From: an uncultured Actinomycetota bacterium
Lineage (GTDB): Bacteria > Actinomycetota > Actinomycetes > Propionibacteriales > Nocardioidaceae
Assembly (NCBI GenBank): GCA_963739785.1
Contig: CAVUBO010000039.1
Location: 49,088-113,087, forward strand
DNA: 64,000 nt
Direction of reading: 5' to 3'
Part shown: positions 49,131 through 58,538 of the stretch, one piece after another
Layout of the letters: each line of letters begins with the position of its first letter
Position numbering within the stretch: the first letter of the stretch is position 1
Notes under the pieces: model-generated
Told to the model about the DNA's origin: nothing
Database searches by the model: none
The model's input: only the letters and a program-made list of their open reading frames with translations
Translations under genes and position numbers: made by a program

Positions 49131-50885
49131 TCACCGCGCGATGTCTGCGCTGCGGCTCGGGGTGGTGTCGCCACCCGAGAGCACCGAGTCGTCGGCCGGC
49201 TCGACGGCGAGTGCGAACTCGTCGCCGTGGAGTGTCACGCCGGTCACCACGGCCTGCTCGATCGCCTCGCGGGCGTAGCGCTTGCGGACCATCAACGGGT
49301 CGTTTCGCAGGTCCTTGACCAAGGCGACGGCAAGACCGACCATCACGATCGCGAACGGCAGTGCGGCCACGATGGTGATGTTCTGAAGACCGGTCAGTGC
49401 GGAGTCCCCACCGACGAGCAGCATCACCGCCGCGACGCCACCGGTGGCGACGCCCCAGAAGATGACGGTCTTCTTGCTGGGCTCGAGTGCGCCCTGCTCG
49501 GACAGGGAGCCCATCACGATGGAGGCCGCATCCGCGCCGGAGACGAAGAAGATCGCGACCAGGACCATCACGAGAACGCTGGTGATCGTCGCCAGAGGCA
49601 TCTCACCGAGCATGCCGAACAGCTGGCCCTCCGCAGAGGACGCACCGGCGAGGTCAGCGCCGCCCTGCTGGAGCTTGATCGCGGCGCCGCCGAAGATGGC
49701 GAACCAGACCAGGCTCACCAGGCTCGGGACGAGCAGCACGCCGGTGACGAACTGGCGGATGGTGCGGCCGCGGGAGATGCGGGCGATGAACATGCCGACG
49801 AACGGCGTCCAGCTCAGCCACCAGGCCCAGTAGAAGACGGTCCAGCCGGAGAGCCACTCGGCCATGCCGTTGCCGCCGGAGGCATCGGTGCGCGCCGACA
49901 TCGCGGCGAGGTCCTGGAAGTAGCTGCCGACGGCAGTGGGGACGAGGTCGAGCATGAAGACGGTCGGGCCCACCACGAACACGAAGACGGCAAGAACCAG
50001 CGCCAGGACCATGTTGATGTTGGACAACCACTGGATGCCCTTCTCCACCCCGGAGACCGCGGAGGCGATGAAGGCGATGGTGAGAAGGACGATCACACCG
50101 ACCAGCACGCCGTTCCCGATCTTGCCCAGGCCGGCGACGATCTCGAGGCCGCTGCCGATCTGCAGGGCACCGAGGCCCAGGGAGGCCGCGGAGCCGAACA
50201 GGGTCGCGAAGATGGCCAGGATGTCGATCACCCGGCCGACCCCACCCTTGGCGCGACGCTCTCCGATGAGCGGGATGAACGCAGCGCTGACGAGCTGCCG
50301 GCGGCCCTTGCGGAAGACACCGTAGGCAACGGCGAGACCGACCACCGCGTAGATCGCCCACGGGTGGAGCGTCCAGTGGAACAGCGTGGTGGCCATCGCG
50401 GTCTGCACGGCCTGGGGGCTTCCGGCGTCGACGGTGCCCGGCGGCGGGGTCACGAAGTGCGTGAGCGGCTCGCTGACGCCGTAGAACATGAGACCGATGC
50501 CCATGCCGGCGCTGAACATCATCGCGATCCAGGAGACGGTCCGGAACTCAGGCTCCTCGTCGTCGTTGCCGAGAGGGATGGTGCCGAAGCGTCCGGCGGC
50601 CAGCCAGATCACGAACACCACGAAGCCCGAGGCCAAGGTGACGAAGAGCCAGCCCATGTTGGTGACGGTCCACGAGAGGGCGGCACTCGAGGCCGTGCCC
50701 AGGCTGGCGGTGCTCGCGAACCCCCAGACGAGGAAGCCGACGGCGAGTGCCGCGGTCACCCCGAAGACGACCTTGTCGACCCGGCCGGTGCTCGGGCTGG
50801 CCTCCTCGGTGACGGGATCCTCGAGAGCGGGGTGTGGGGAAGGGGCGGTCGCCCGTTCCGTTGGGGTGGTCGTGTCCAATGCCAT
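49131..50885 (-). CDS. BCCT family (betaine/choline/carnitine) transporter
   Basis: SWIAMMFSAGMGIGLMFYG, FHW..HPWAIY and WTVFYWAWW.SW.PFVGMFIARISRGRT. Confidence 0.95.
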   Translation of the reverse strand: MALDTTTPTERATAPSPHPALEDPVTEEASPSTGRVDKVVFGVTAALAVGFLVWGFASTASLGTASSAALSWTVTNMGWLFVTLASGFVVFVIWLAAGRFGTIPLGNDDEEPEFRTVSWIAMMFSAGMGIGLMFYGVSEPLTHFVTPPPGTVDAGSPQAVQTAMATTLFHWTLHPWAIYAVVGLAVAYGVFRKGRRQLVSAAFIPLIGERRAKGGVGRVIDILAIFATLFGSAASLGLGALQIGSGLEIVAGLGKIGNGVLVGVIVLLTIAFIASAVSGVEKGIQWLSNINMVLALVLAVFVFVVGPTVFMLDLVPTAVGSYFQDLAAMSARTDASGGNGMAEWLSGWTVFYWAWWLSWTPFVGMFIARISRGRTIRQFVTGVLLVPSLVSLVWFAIFGGAAIKLQQGGADLAGASSAEGQLFGMLGEMPLATITSVLVMVLVAIFFVSGADAASIVMGSLSEQGALEPSKKTVIFWGVATGGVAAVMLLVGGDSALTGLQNITIVAALPFAIVMVGLAVALVKDLRNDPLMVRKRYAREAIEQAVVTGVTLHGDEFALAVEPADDSVLSGGDTTPSRSADIAR

Positions 50886-51017
50886 GCAGTGTGCGGCGCC
50901 GCGCGAGACGGCGCGCCCTCCTTCTGACGGGTTCAGGGATGAGTCATCAACCTGAGCCTGTTACCCATAACCGGACAACCCGCAAACCTCGTGTGACCGA
51001 GGTCGCTCTCGCGAGCC

Positions 51018-52307
51018 TCAGGCGACGGCGTCGCAGCGGACCGCGAGGATCGCGATGTCGTCGCGCTGGGCGGACTCGACCGCGGTCAGCAGACGGTTCA
51101 CGACCGCCTGGGGCGACAGGCCGGTGCACCCCCTGAGGATCGCGACCAGGCCTTCGTGCTCGATCCGTTTGGTGCCCGAGTCGGTCAGGCCATCGGTGAA
51201 GAAGACTGCGAGGTCGCCGGCCGCGAGCTCGAGGCCGGTCTCGGTCACCTCGATCTCGTCGAAGATGCCGAGGAGGGTGCCCGGCACTCCGACGGACTCC
51301 ACCTCACCTGAGGCACGCAGCACCAGTGGGCCCGGGTGGCCGGCCGCGGCGAACACCATTCCCGTGCCGTCGGGCCGTGGGGAGACCCTCGCGAACAGCG
51401 CCGTCACGAACGGCGCCTCCGGGGCTGAGTCGGTGTCGCGGAGCAGCGCCTGGTTGACCACCTCCAGAGCCTCGGCAGGTGCCGGCTGCTGGATGGCGGC
51501 CGCGCGCAAGGAGTACCGGGCTCCGCTCGTCTGGCTGGCAGCCGTGGCGCCCTTGCCGCACACGTCGCCGATCACCAGGCCCCAGGACGTGGCGTCCACC
51601 GGGAAGACGTCGTAGAAGTCCCCACCGACCTCGTACTTGCTCGAAGGGTTGTACGAGGCGGCGATGTTCAGGTACGGGACCACGGGCATTCTCGGGGGGA
51701 GCAGGCTGCGCTGGAGGGCGTCGGCGAGGTGCTGCACCTCGTGGAGGCGGGTCTCGTAGGCCTGCACGAGGTGGCGGGCCTCCAGACGCACCTCGAGCTG
51801 CTGGACGACGAGGCCGGCGAGGTCGCGCAGAACCTGCGTCTGCTCCTCGGTGACCTCGCGAGGCTCTCGGTCGAGGACGCAGATCGTTCCCAGGTTGTCG
51901 CCGTCGCGTGTGGTGAGCGGGTGCCCGACGTAGAACCGGAGCCCGAACTCACCGGCGACGAGGGGGTTGGTCAGCGTGCGCGGGTCGCTGGCTGCGTCGG
52001 TGACCACCCAGGTGTCGTCGGTCATGATCGCCGACGAGCACAGGCCGGGGTCCCTGCTGATCTCGTCCGCGTCCACCCCATGGCTGGCCTTGAACCAGAT
52101 CCGGTCGGTGTCGACGATGCTCACGATCGCCATCGGCACCCCGAAGAGCTTCGCGGCCAGAGCCGCGAGGTCGTCGAAGGTCCCGTCGGGCGGGGTGTCG
52201 AGGATCTGGTAGTGGCGAACCGCGGCGATCCGTCTCTCCTCGTCACGAGTGACGGGGTGCGGGGAGGCGGCGGGGTCGGACCCCGAGGGCTCGTAAGAGG
52301 GACGCAC
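51018..52307 (-). CDS. GAF + SpoIIE/PP2C Ser/Thr phosphatase
   Basis: GAF motifs (YQILDT, RFYVG.PL); VGGDFYD, GDVCGKG, FTDG and DD. Confidence 0.92.
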   Translation of the reverse strand: MRPSYEPSGSDPAASPHPVTRDEERRIAAVRHYQILDTPPDGTFDDLAALAAKLFGVPMAIVSIVDTDRIWFKASHGVDADEISRDPGLCSSAIMTDDTWVVTDAASDPRTLTNPLVAGEFGLRFYVGHPLTTRDGDNLGTICVLDREPREVTEEQTQVLRDLAGLVVQQLEVRLEARHLVQAYETRLHEVQHLADALQRSLLPPRMPVVPYLNIAASYNPSSKYEVGGDFYDVFPVDATSWGLVIGDVCGKGATAASQTSGARYSLRAAAIQQPAPAEALEVVNQALLRDTDSAPEAPFVTALFARVSPRPDGTGMVFAAAGHPGPLVLRASGEVESVGVPGTLLGIFDEIEVTETGLELAAGDLAVFFTDGLTDSGTKRIEHEGLVAILRGCTGLSPQAVVNRLLTAVESAQRDDIAILAVRCDAVA

Positions 52308-52384
52308 CTGGCGACCCTATGCCAGATCGGGAGGAACCGGGACTCTCCGGCCAGGGCGGTCTGGGCCGCGCCTAGGCTGACTGT

Positions 52385-52945
52385 GTGAGGTATGGACGAA
52401 CTCTCGTAGTAGCCGCCACGCGCGCCGAGGCAGCGTGCGTGCCACGTCACCTGCCGGTGGTCGTGACCGGGCTCGGCAAGACCGCGGCCGCCGTCGCGAC
52501 CACGCGGGCGCTGGCCGCGGTCGGCCCCGACAGCACGCTGGTCGTCAACATCGGTACGGCGGGTGCTCTCCGCGACGGTCTCGAGGGGATCCACGTCCCC
52601 GGGCTGACCCTGAACCACGACATGAACGCCGATGCCATCCGTGCGCTGGGCTACGACCCGCAGGAGCGGCTGGAGGTCGAAGGCGGCGATGAGACCGTGC
52701 TGGCCTCGGGCGACGTCTTCGTCACCGACCCGGCGGTGCGCTCGGTGCTCGCCGCGCAGGCCCACCTGGTCGACATGGAGGGCTATGCAGTCGTCTACGC
52801 GTGTCGGCAGATGGGCGTGCCGGTGCGCCTGGTCAAGCACGTGTCCGACAACGCGGACGAGTCCGCCCACGACTGGCCCGACGTGGTCGCCGCCAGCGCC
52901 GCCGCTCTCGGCGAGTGGCTGCGCGAGAACGTTGCCTCCACGTGA
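52385..52945 (+). CDS. Nucleosidase (MTA/SAH nucleosidase-like)
   Basis: TGLGK, N.GTAG, SGD.FV, VDMEGYA and VSDNAD. Confidence 0.88.
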   Translation: MRYGRTLVVAATRAEAACVPRHLPVVVTGLGKTAAAVATTRALAAVGPDSTLVVNIGTAGALRDGLEGIHVPGLTLNHDMNADAIRALGYDPQERLEVEGGDETVLASGDVFVTDPAVRSVLAAQAHLVDMEGYAVVYACRQMGVPVRLVKHVSDNADESAHDWPDVVAASAAALGEWLRENVAST

Positions 52946-52982
52946 CCGCGTCGACGCTGCTGCTGTGAACGGGAGGGGATCG

Positions 52983-53480
52983 ATGCGGCGACCGGAACCG
53001 GAACGTCCTGGACCCGGGCAGGAGTCGGTCTGGGACTACCCGCGGCCCCCGCGTGTGGAGCCCTGCGCGTCCCTGGTCGAGGTGGTACTCGGCGGCGAGA
53101 CCGTGGCCCGCACCGGACGCGCACTGCGCGTGCTCGAGACCAGCCACCCTCCGACGTACTACCTGCCGATGTCGGACTTCGCGGAGGGCAGCCTCAGGCC
53201 GGCTCCGGGCAGCTCGTTCTGCGAGTGGAAAGGGACCGCGGCCTACTTCGACGTGGTCGGCGGTGGCGTCGTGGCGGACCGGGCCGCCTGGCACTACCCG
53301 CATCCGGCGGCCGGCTTCACCGAGCTCGCCGGGCACGTCGCGGTGTACCCGGCGAAGGTGGACCGCTGCGTGGTGGACGGGGAGATCGTGAGGCCGCAGC
53401 CGGGCGGCTTCTACGGCGGCTGGATCACCTCGAAGGTCGTCGGTCCCTTCAAGGGCGACCCGGGGACGCTCTCCTGGTGA
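52983..53480 (+). CDS. DUF427 protein
   Basis: QESVWDYPRPP, ETSHPPTYY, CEWKG and FYGGWIT. Confidence 0.92.
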   Translation: MRRPEPERPGPGQESVWDYPRPPRVEPCASLVEVVLGGETVARTGRALRVLETSHPPTYYLPMSDFAEGSLRPAPGSSFCEWKGTAAYFDVVGGGVVADRAAWHYPHPAAGFTELAGHVAVYPAKVDRCVVDGEIVRPQPGGFYGGWITSKVVGPFKGDPGTLSW

Positions 53481-53522
53481 GCCGCCCGCCGCTCGTCGTG
53501 GGTCTCGGGCAGACTGACGGGC

Positions 53523-54002
53523 ATGGAGGTTACCGAGATCCTGCTTCCGGGCGTCGGGGTCCGCTACGAGTTCCAGACCGTCTCGGGCGAGCGCGTCGGT
53601 GTGGTCGCGAAGCGGGACGGAGAGTTCGACTTCGTGCGTTACGGGCGTCGGGACCCCGATGCTGCGGAGACGTTGCTCACGCTGACCCGTGACGAGGCCG
53701 ACACCCTGGCGGACATCCTCGGCGCGCCACGCATCGTCGAGCGGTTCGCGGACCTCACCAGGGAGATCCCGGGGCTGGTGTCGGCAACGATCGACCTGCC
53801 CGTCGGGTCGAGGTTCGACGGCCTGCCGCTCGGTGACACCCGCTGCCGGACCCTGACCGGAGCCTCGATCGTCGCGGTGGTCCGGGGCGACGACGTCATC
53901 GCCTCGCCCGCTCCCGACGAGGTCCTGCGCGGGGGTGACTCGCTGGTGGTCGTGGGGACGACCAGCGGCATCGAGGGTGTCCGGCGCATCCTGCTCGGAT
54001 AG
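53523..54002 (+). CDS. Cation:proton antiporter regulatory subunit (KhtT-like, TrkA-C)
   Basis: LPGVG.RY, DPD and RTLTGASIVAVVRG (RCK_C). Confidence 0.9.
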   Translation: MEVTEILLPGVGVRYEFQTVSGERVGVVAKRDGEFDFVRYGRRDPDAAETLLTLTRDEADTLADILGAPRIVERFADLTREIPGLVSATIDLPVGSRFDGLPLGDTRCRTLTGASIVAVVRGDDVIASPAPDEVLRGGDSLVVVGTTSGIEGVRRILLG

Positions 54003-54014
54003 GTCGTCGCCGTC

Positions 54015-55187
54015 GTGGACGCCTTCTTGTTCGAGCTCGGGACACTGCTCCTCCTGCTCGCACTCCTGGCCAACTTCGCCGGCCGGGTGGGTCTCTCGGC
54101 GATCCCGCTCTTCCTCCTGGTCGGGCTGCTGCTCGGGGAGGGCGGCGTCTACGAGCTCGGCGCGTCTGCCGAGTTCATCGACGTGGCCGGGGAGATCGGG
54201 GTGCTGCTTCTCCTGCTCCTGCTCGGCCTCGAGTTCTCCGCGGCCGAGTTCACCGCCTCCATGCGGCGGCATGCGCCCTCGGGTCTCGTCGACCTCATCC
54301 TGAACGCGCCGGTGGGGTTCGTCGCCGGGCTGCTGCTCGGCTACGACTGGCCCGCCTGCCTGGCCCTGGCCGGTGTCACCTGGATCTCCTCGTCGGGCAT
54401 CGTCGCGCGGCTCCTCTCCGACCTCAGGCGCACGGGCTTCCGCGAGACGCCGTCGGTGCTCTCGGTGCTCGTGCTCGAGGACATCGCGATGGCGGTCTTC
54501 TTGCCGCTGCTCGTGGTCGCACTGTCCGGCGGCACCCTCATAGAGGTGGTTCTCGCTGTCGCGGGGGCGCTCGGGGTGGTGCTCGTGGTGCTGTTCGCGA
54601 GCCGCTACCTGGGCCACCACCTCGGCCGGGTGCTGGGCCACGACGACGACGAGCAGGTGCTGCTCCGGGTGCTCGGGCTGATGCTCGTCGTCGCCGGCCT
54701 CACCTACGTCGTCGACGCGTCCGCAGCAGTGGGCGCCTTCCTCGTGGGGCTCGCGATCCCGTCGGGCACCGCTGAGCGGGCACGTGGCGTGCTTCGCCCG
54801 CTGCGGGACCTGTTCGCCTCGCTGTTCTTCCTGTCCTTCGGGCTCTCGACCGCGCCCGCCGAGCTGACGCCGTTCCTGCCCGCGGCGCTCGCCCTCGCCC
54901 TGGTCACCTCCCTGACCAAGATCGGCACCGGCATCTACGCCGCAGGCCGCGACGGGGTAGGGCCCCGCGGCCGGGTGCGGGCCGGCACGGCCCTGACGAC
55001 ACGCGGCGAGTTCTCCATCGTCATCGCCGAGCTCGCGGTCACGGCCGGCTACACCGAGATCGGTCCGCTCGCCTCGGCGTACGTGGTGATGCTCGGCATC
55101 CTCGGCCCGGTGCTGACCCGGTACGCCGACACCTTGGCGGGGCCGTGGGCAGCGGCCGCTGCGCGAGTCTCCGTGCCGAGGCGGTAG
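54015..55187 (+). CDS. CPA2 K+/H+ antiporter (KhtU-like)
   Basis: LGLEF, ISSSGIV, LVLED, PLRDLF and RGEFSIVIA. Confidence 0.92.
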   Translation: MDAFLFELGTLLLLLALLANFAGRVGLSAIPLFLLVGLLLGEGGVYELGASAEFIDVAGEIGVLLLLLLLGLEFSAAEFTASMRRHAPSGLVDLILNAPVGFVAGLLLGYDWPACLALAGVTWISSSGIVARLLSDLRRTGFRETPSVLSVLVLEDIAMAVFLPLLVVALSGGTLIEVVLAVAGALGVVLVVLFASRYLGHHLGRVLGHDDDEQVLLRVLGLMLVVAGLTYVVDASAAVGAFLVGLAIPSGTAERARGVLRPLRDLFASLFFLSFGLSTAPAELTPFLPAALALALVTSLTKIGTGIYAAGRDGVGPRGRVRAGTALTTRGEFSIVIAELAVTAGYTEIGPLASAYVVMLGILGPVLTRYADTLAGPWAAAAARVSVPRR

Positions 55188-55191
55188 CCGC

Positions 55192-55908
55192 TCAGCGGCC
55201 GCGCCGCGCGCGCCCCTTGGAGCGAGGCTCGGGCGACTTCCTGGCAGGCTGCTTCTTCGCCGGCGCCGCCCGGGTGGGGCCGCGCGAGCTGTTGGCGGTG
55301 CGTCCGCGGACCACGCCGACCAAGGCGTCCACCCGCTCGTCCTCGAGGTCGCGCCTCCAGGCGAGGCCGATACGGCTTTCGGGTACGTCGCTGACCGGCC
55401 GGTACACGACGTCCTTGCGGTGGTGCAGCCGGGCGACCGACATCGGCACGATCACGATCCCGACCCCGGCGGCCACGGTCTCGACGGCCTGCCGGACCGT
55501 GATCTGCGGAACCTCCACGCGGGTGCCCTCGCGGATCTCGGTGGCGACGTCTCGCCACTCGGGCACGAGGTCGGGATCCTGGAGCAGGTGCTCGTCGGCG
55601 AGGTCCGAGACACTCACCTCCTCCGCCGCCTCGACGAAGTGCTCCTTGGGTACGACGACCACGGGCACCTCGCTGTAGAGGGGGATCACGTGGAGGTCAC
55701 CCTGGTCGACGGGCAGCCGCACGAAGCACATGTCCGCGCGGCCGTCGTACAGCACAGCGGTCTGCTCCACCTCGTCGACGGGGGAGAGCTCGAGCGGGTC
55801 GCGCGGCATCCGCTCGGCCCAGATGCGCGCCCACTTGTCGGGGGTCACTCCCGGGACGAAGGCGACGCGGAAGGGCCCGCTCGCCCGGCGGGTCTGGTCA
55901 CTCGTCAT
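55192..55908 (-). CDS. Stand-alone LysR substrate-binding domain protein
   Basis: FVPGVTPDKW, ADMCFVRLP, VAAGVGI..VP.SVA and GLAW; no N-terminal HTH. Confidence 0.85.
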   Translation of the reverse strand: MTSDQTRRASGPFRVAFVPGVTPDKWARIWAERMPRDPLELSPVDEVEQTAVLYDGRADMCFVRLPVDQGDLHVIPLYSEVPVVVVPKEHFVEAAEEVSVSDLADEHLLQDPDLVPEWRDVATEIREGTRVEVPQITVRQAVETVAAGVGIVIVPMSVARLHHRKDVVYRPVSDVPESRIGLAWRRDLEDERVDALVGVVRGRTANSSRGPTRAAPAKKQPARKSPEPRSKGRARRGR

Positions 55909-55956
55909 GGTCGGGCCAGGCTAGCGTCCTGCGACACTGTCGCCCATGGAGCCCGG

Positions 55957-56496
55957 ATGACAGGGGAGACCAGAGGCCCTCTGGTGCTCGTGGTGATGGG
56001 GGTCGCGGGCTGCGGCAAGAGCACGGTCGGGCGACTGCTGGCCGAGAGGCTCGGCTGCGCCTTCCGGGAGGGAGACGACCTGCACCCCGGCGTCAACGTG
56101 GCCAAGATGCGCGCGGGCGAGCCCCTGACCGACGAGGACCGGTGGCCGTGGCTGGCCCGGGTCGCGGGCTGGACCGACGACCGGCTCGACGCGGGCGAGA
56201 GCGGTGTGGTGACCTGCTCGGCGCTCAAGCGCTCCTACCGGGAGCGGCTGGCCCACCGGCCGGGCGTGGTCTTCGTGTACCTCGCCGCGGGTCGCGACGT
56301 CCTCGAACAGCGCCTTCGGGAGCGTCGTGGTCACTACATGTCGGCGGACCTGCTCGACGCTCAGCTGGAGACCCTCGAGGAGCCGGGCCCCGGGGAACCG
56401 GTCCTCAGCATCGACGCCGGGGCCGGTCCGGATGCAGTCGTCGAGCAGGCACTGGAGCGGCTCTCGGACCTGCCTGGATTCACCCACCATGGGTGA
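55957..56496 (+). CDS. gntK: Gluconokinase
   Basis: MGVAGCGKST, EGDDLHP..N..KM, PLTDEDRWPWL and CSALKR.YR. Confidence 0.92.
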   Translation: MTGETRGPLVLVVMGVAGCGKSTVGRLLAERLGCAFREGDDLHPGVNVAKMRAGEPLTDEDRWPWLARVAGWTDDRLDAGESGVVTCSALKRSYRERLAHRPGVVFVYLAAGRDVLEQRLRERRGHYMSADLLDAQLETLEEPGPGEPVLSIDAGAGPDAVVEQALERLSDLPGFTHHG

Positions 56497-56498
56497 TG
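56480..56498 (+). promoter_or_regulatory. Palindromic promoter motif, copy 1
   Basis: TCACCC-ACCAT-GGGTGA-TG, 20 nt upstream of a CAGCAT -10-like hexamer. Confidence 0.55.
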
Positions 56499-56531
56499 TC
56501 CTCCGGACAGCGGTGATCCAGCATGGGGAGC

Positions 56532-57284
56532 GTGGAGCCAGCAGCCCAGCGACCCGTCGACGTCGCCCTCGGCGCGTCTGCCCTGGTCCTCGAGAAGGCC
56601 GCCGCCGCTCGGAGGTGGGCCGGCCCGGTGGGGGGTCCGGTGGTGCGCGCCGTACTTCGGCCGCCGCTGGTCCCCGCCCGGCTCCAGCCTGGGCAGTGGC
56701 TCATGTCCCTGGGTGAGCGTGGAGCGGACGTGCGCGTCTCTCTGGTGCGCGAGCTGTCGCGCCTTCTCGACGTGCTGGTGCCCTCGGTCCTCGCCGAGGT
56801 GCTCCGTCGTGTGGACCTCACGAAGACTGTGATCACGTACGTCGACCTCGACGACGTCGTGGCAGCCGTCGACCTCGACGCCGCTGCCTCGCGGATCGAC
56901 GTGGATGCTGTGGTGCGGCGGGTCGACCTCGACGCGGCGGTGAGTCAGGTCGATCTCGACAAGGTCGTGGGGTGGGTGGACCTGGACTCTGCGGTGATGC
57001 GGGTGGACCTCGACGCGATCCTCGACCGCCTCGACCTCACCGGCGTGGTCCTGACACGGGTGGACCTCGAGGCGATCGTCAACCAGGTGCTCGCCAAGCT
57101 CGACCTCGCGGCACTCGCCGCTGAGGTGATCGACGAGATCAACCTGCCCGAGATCATCCGCGAGTCGAGCGGGTCGATGGCCTCGGACACGGTGCGCAGC
57201 GCTCGCATGCAGGGCATCGCGGCGGACGAGGCGGTGGGTCGCGCGGTGGACCGGCTGCTGCTGCGCCGAGCGCCGCGGGGTTGA
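56532..57284 (+). CDS. Protein with tandem 9-aa VDLDxxxxx repeats (start GTG 56532 or ATG 56523)
   Basis: VDLDDVVAA-VDLDAAASR-IDVDAVVRR-VDLDAAVSQ-VDLDKVVGW-VDLDSAVMR-VDLDAILDR; ends IIRESSGS...R.Q...AD. Confidence 0.8.
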   Translation: MEPAAQRPVDVALGASALVLEKAAAARRWAGPVGGPVVRAVLRPPLVPARLQPGQWLMSLGERGADVRVSLVRELSRLLDVLVPSVLAEVLRRVDLTKTVITYVDLDDVVAAVDLDAAASRIDVDAVVRRVDLDAAVSQVDLDKVVGWVDLDSAVMRVDLDAILDRLDLTGVVLTRVDLEAIVNQVLAKLDLAALAAEVIDEINLPEIIRESSGSMASDTVRSARMQGIAADEAVGRAVDRLLLRRAPRG

Positions 57285-57291
57285 GGCTGCC

Positions 57292-57783
57292 ATGACGGAG
57301 GGTGGGGTATCGCCGCTACCCCGGGAGGCCCGCCCCTACCAGGGACAGCGGGCCGGCCTGATCTCGCGAGTCGTGGCGGCGGCCATCGACAGCGTCGTGG
57401 TCTCGCTCGGACTCCTCCTCGGCTACGCGGGCGTCGCAGCCGTGCTGTTCCTCGCCGACCCCCGGAGCTTCGGGTTCCCGGACGCGTCGTTGCTGTTCAG
57501 CGTGGTCTGGTGGCTCGGCCTCCTCGTCGTCTACCTCACCGTGACCTGGACGGCCAGTGGGCGCACCTACGGATGCCTCGTCATGGGGCTGCGAGTCGTA
57601 GCCCACAGCGGCAGGCGGCTGCGGTTCCCAGGGGCGCTCGTCCGGGCAGTGCTGTACGCGCTCTTCCCGATCGGGCTGCTGTGGTGCGCGGTCAGCCGCG
57701 AGAACCGCTCGGTGCAGGACGTGGTGCTGCGGACAGGGGTCATCTACGACTGGCAGCCGGGGGCCCACGACCGCGCTGGTTAG
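57292..57783 (+). CDS. RDD family membrane protein
   Basis: AGLISRVVAAAID, GRTYG...MGLRVV and RSVQD...T.V motifs. Confidence 0.88.
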   Translation: MTEGGVSPLPREARPYQGQRAGLISRVVAAAIDSVVVSLGLLLGYAGVAAVLFLADPRSFGFPDASLLFSVVWWLGLLVVYLTVTWTASGRTYGCLVMGLRVVAHSGRRLRFPGALVRAVLYALFPIGLLWCAVSRENRSVQDVVLRTGVIYDWQPGAHDRAG

Positions 57784-58295
57784 CCCTCGGACCGAAGTTC
57801 CTCGCCGTGCACCGCGATCGCGTAGATGATGAAGACATCGAGGGCGATCACGACGATCGACCAGACCGGGTAAGCGGCGATGAAGGCGAGGTTCACGATC
57901 GCACTGACCAGTGCCATCGCGATGCCGACCACGCGTGCCCAGGTCTGGCCCGCCATCAGGCCCACGCCGGCCGCCACCGCGACGGCCCCGAGCGCGATGT
58001 GGACCCAGCCCCAGGCCGTGAAGTCCACGTCGACCAGGAGGTCGGCCTCGCCCACGAGGTAGTAGCCGCTCTTGAAGAGTGCGGTGAGCCCGGCGATGAC
58101 ATGGAAGGAACCGGCCAGGATCATCATGAGCGCGCCGAAGAGGACCCATCCGGCCCATCCGGTGGTCTCTGTCGGCTGCTTCTGCTCCCGGTCACCAGCC
58201 GGCCTCGCGGCGTGTGCTCCGGCCGTCCGCTCCTTGCCGCGTGACTGCGATGGCACCTGCCCGGTGCCGGTCTTCTCTTGGCTGACGTCGCTCAT
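57780..58295 (-). CDS. Four-TM membrane protein (DUF7144-like)
   Basis: GWVLFG...G.F..IAGL, WGWVH...G, WARVVG and YPVWS motifs; SD GGGAGG. Confidence 0.85.
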   Translation of the reverse strand: MSDVSQEKTGTGQVPSQSRGKERTAGAHAARPAGDREQKQPTETTGWAGWVLFGALMMILAGSFHVIAGLTALFKSGYYLVGEADLLVDVDFTAWGWVHIALGAVAVAAGVGLMAGQTWARVVGIAMALVSAIVNLAFIAAYPVWSIVVIALDVFIIYAIAVHGEELRSEG

Positions 58296-58395
58296 CTGCG
58301 TCCTCCCAGGGGACTAGAGGTGCAGCCTCGCGTCCCTCGGCCTGAGGCATCTCGCGAGGTCTCACATCACGGTACGCACGCCGGTGGCTCGCAGG

Positions 58396-58414
58396 CATCC
58401 CCCGAGTGGGGCAT
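58396..58414 (-). promoter_or_regulatory. Palindromic promoter motif, copy 2 (degenerate)
   Basis: ATGCCC-CACTC-GGGGGA-TG on the minus strand, 21 nt upstream of TACCGT. Confidence 0.45.
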
Positions 58415-58538
58415 GGGCCGGGGCACGTTCGGCAACCGTTCCCGGCAGGGTTGCGTCCTGCGCGCCGCCACCGGCTTACGGCTCCCTCGTTCGGGCGAAG
58501 AAGCGAGGCGGTGGGCGAGGTTGGGTTAGCGTCGTCTC

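Noticed and set aside
56840-57075. Regularly spaced GTCGACCTCGAC-like repeats as a possible CRISPR array
   Set aside because: In frame, 27-bp period with synonymous variation; a protein repeat, and no cas genes are present.
58482-58500. Possible fourth copy of the promoter motif (CTCCCT-N5-GGGCGA-AG)
   Set aside because: Poor left arm, and 26 nt rather than 20-21 nt from the -10 box.
58300-58530. tRNA or other ncRNA in this intergenic region
   Set aside because: No cloverleaf, T-loop consensus or CCA end; explained by divergent promoters.
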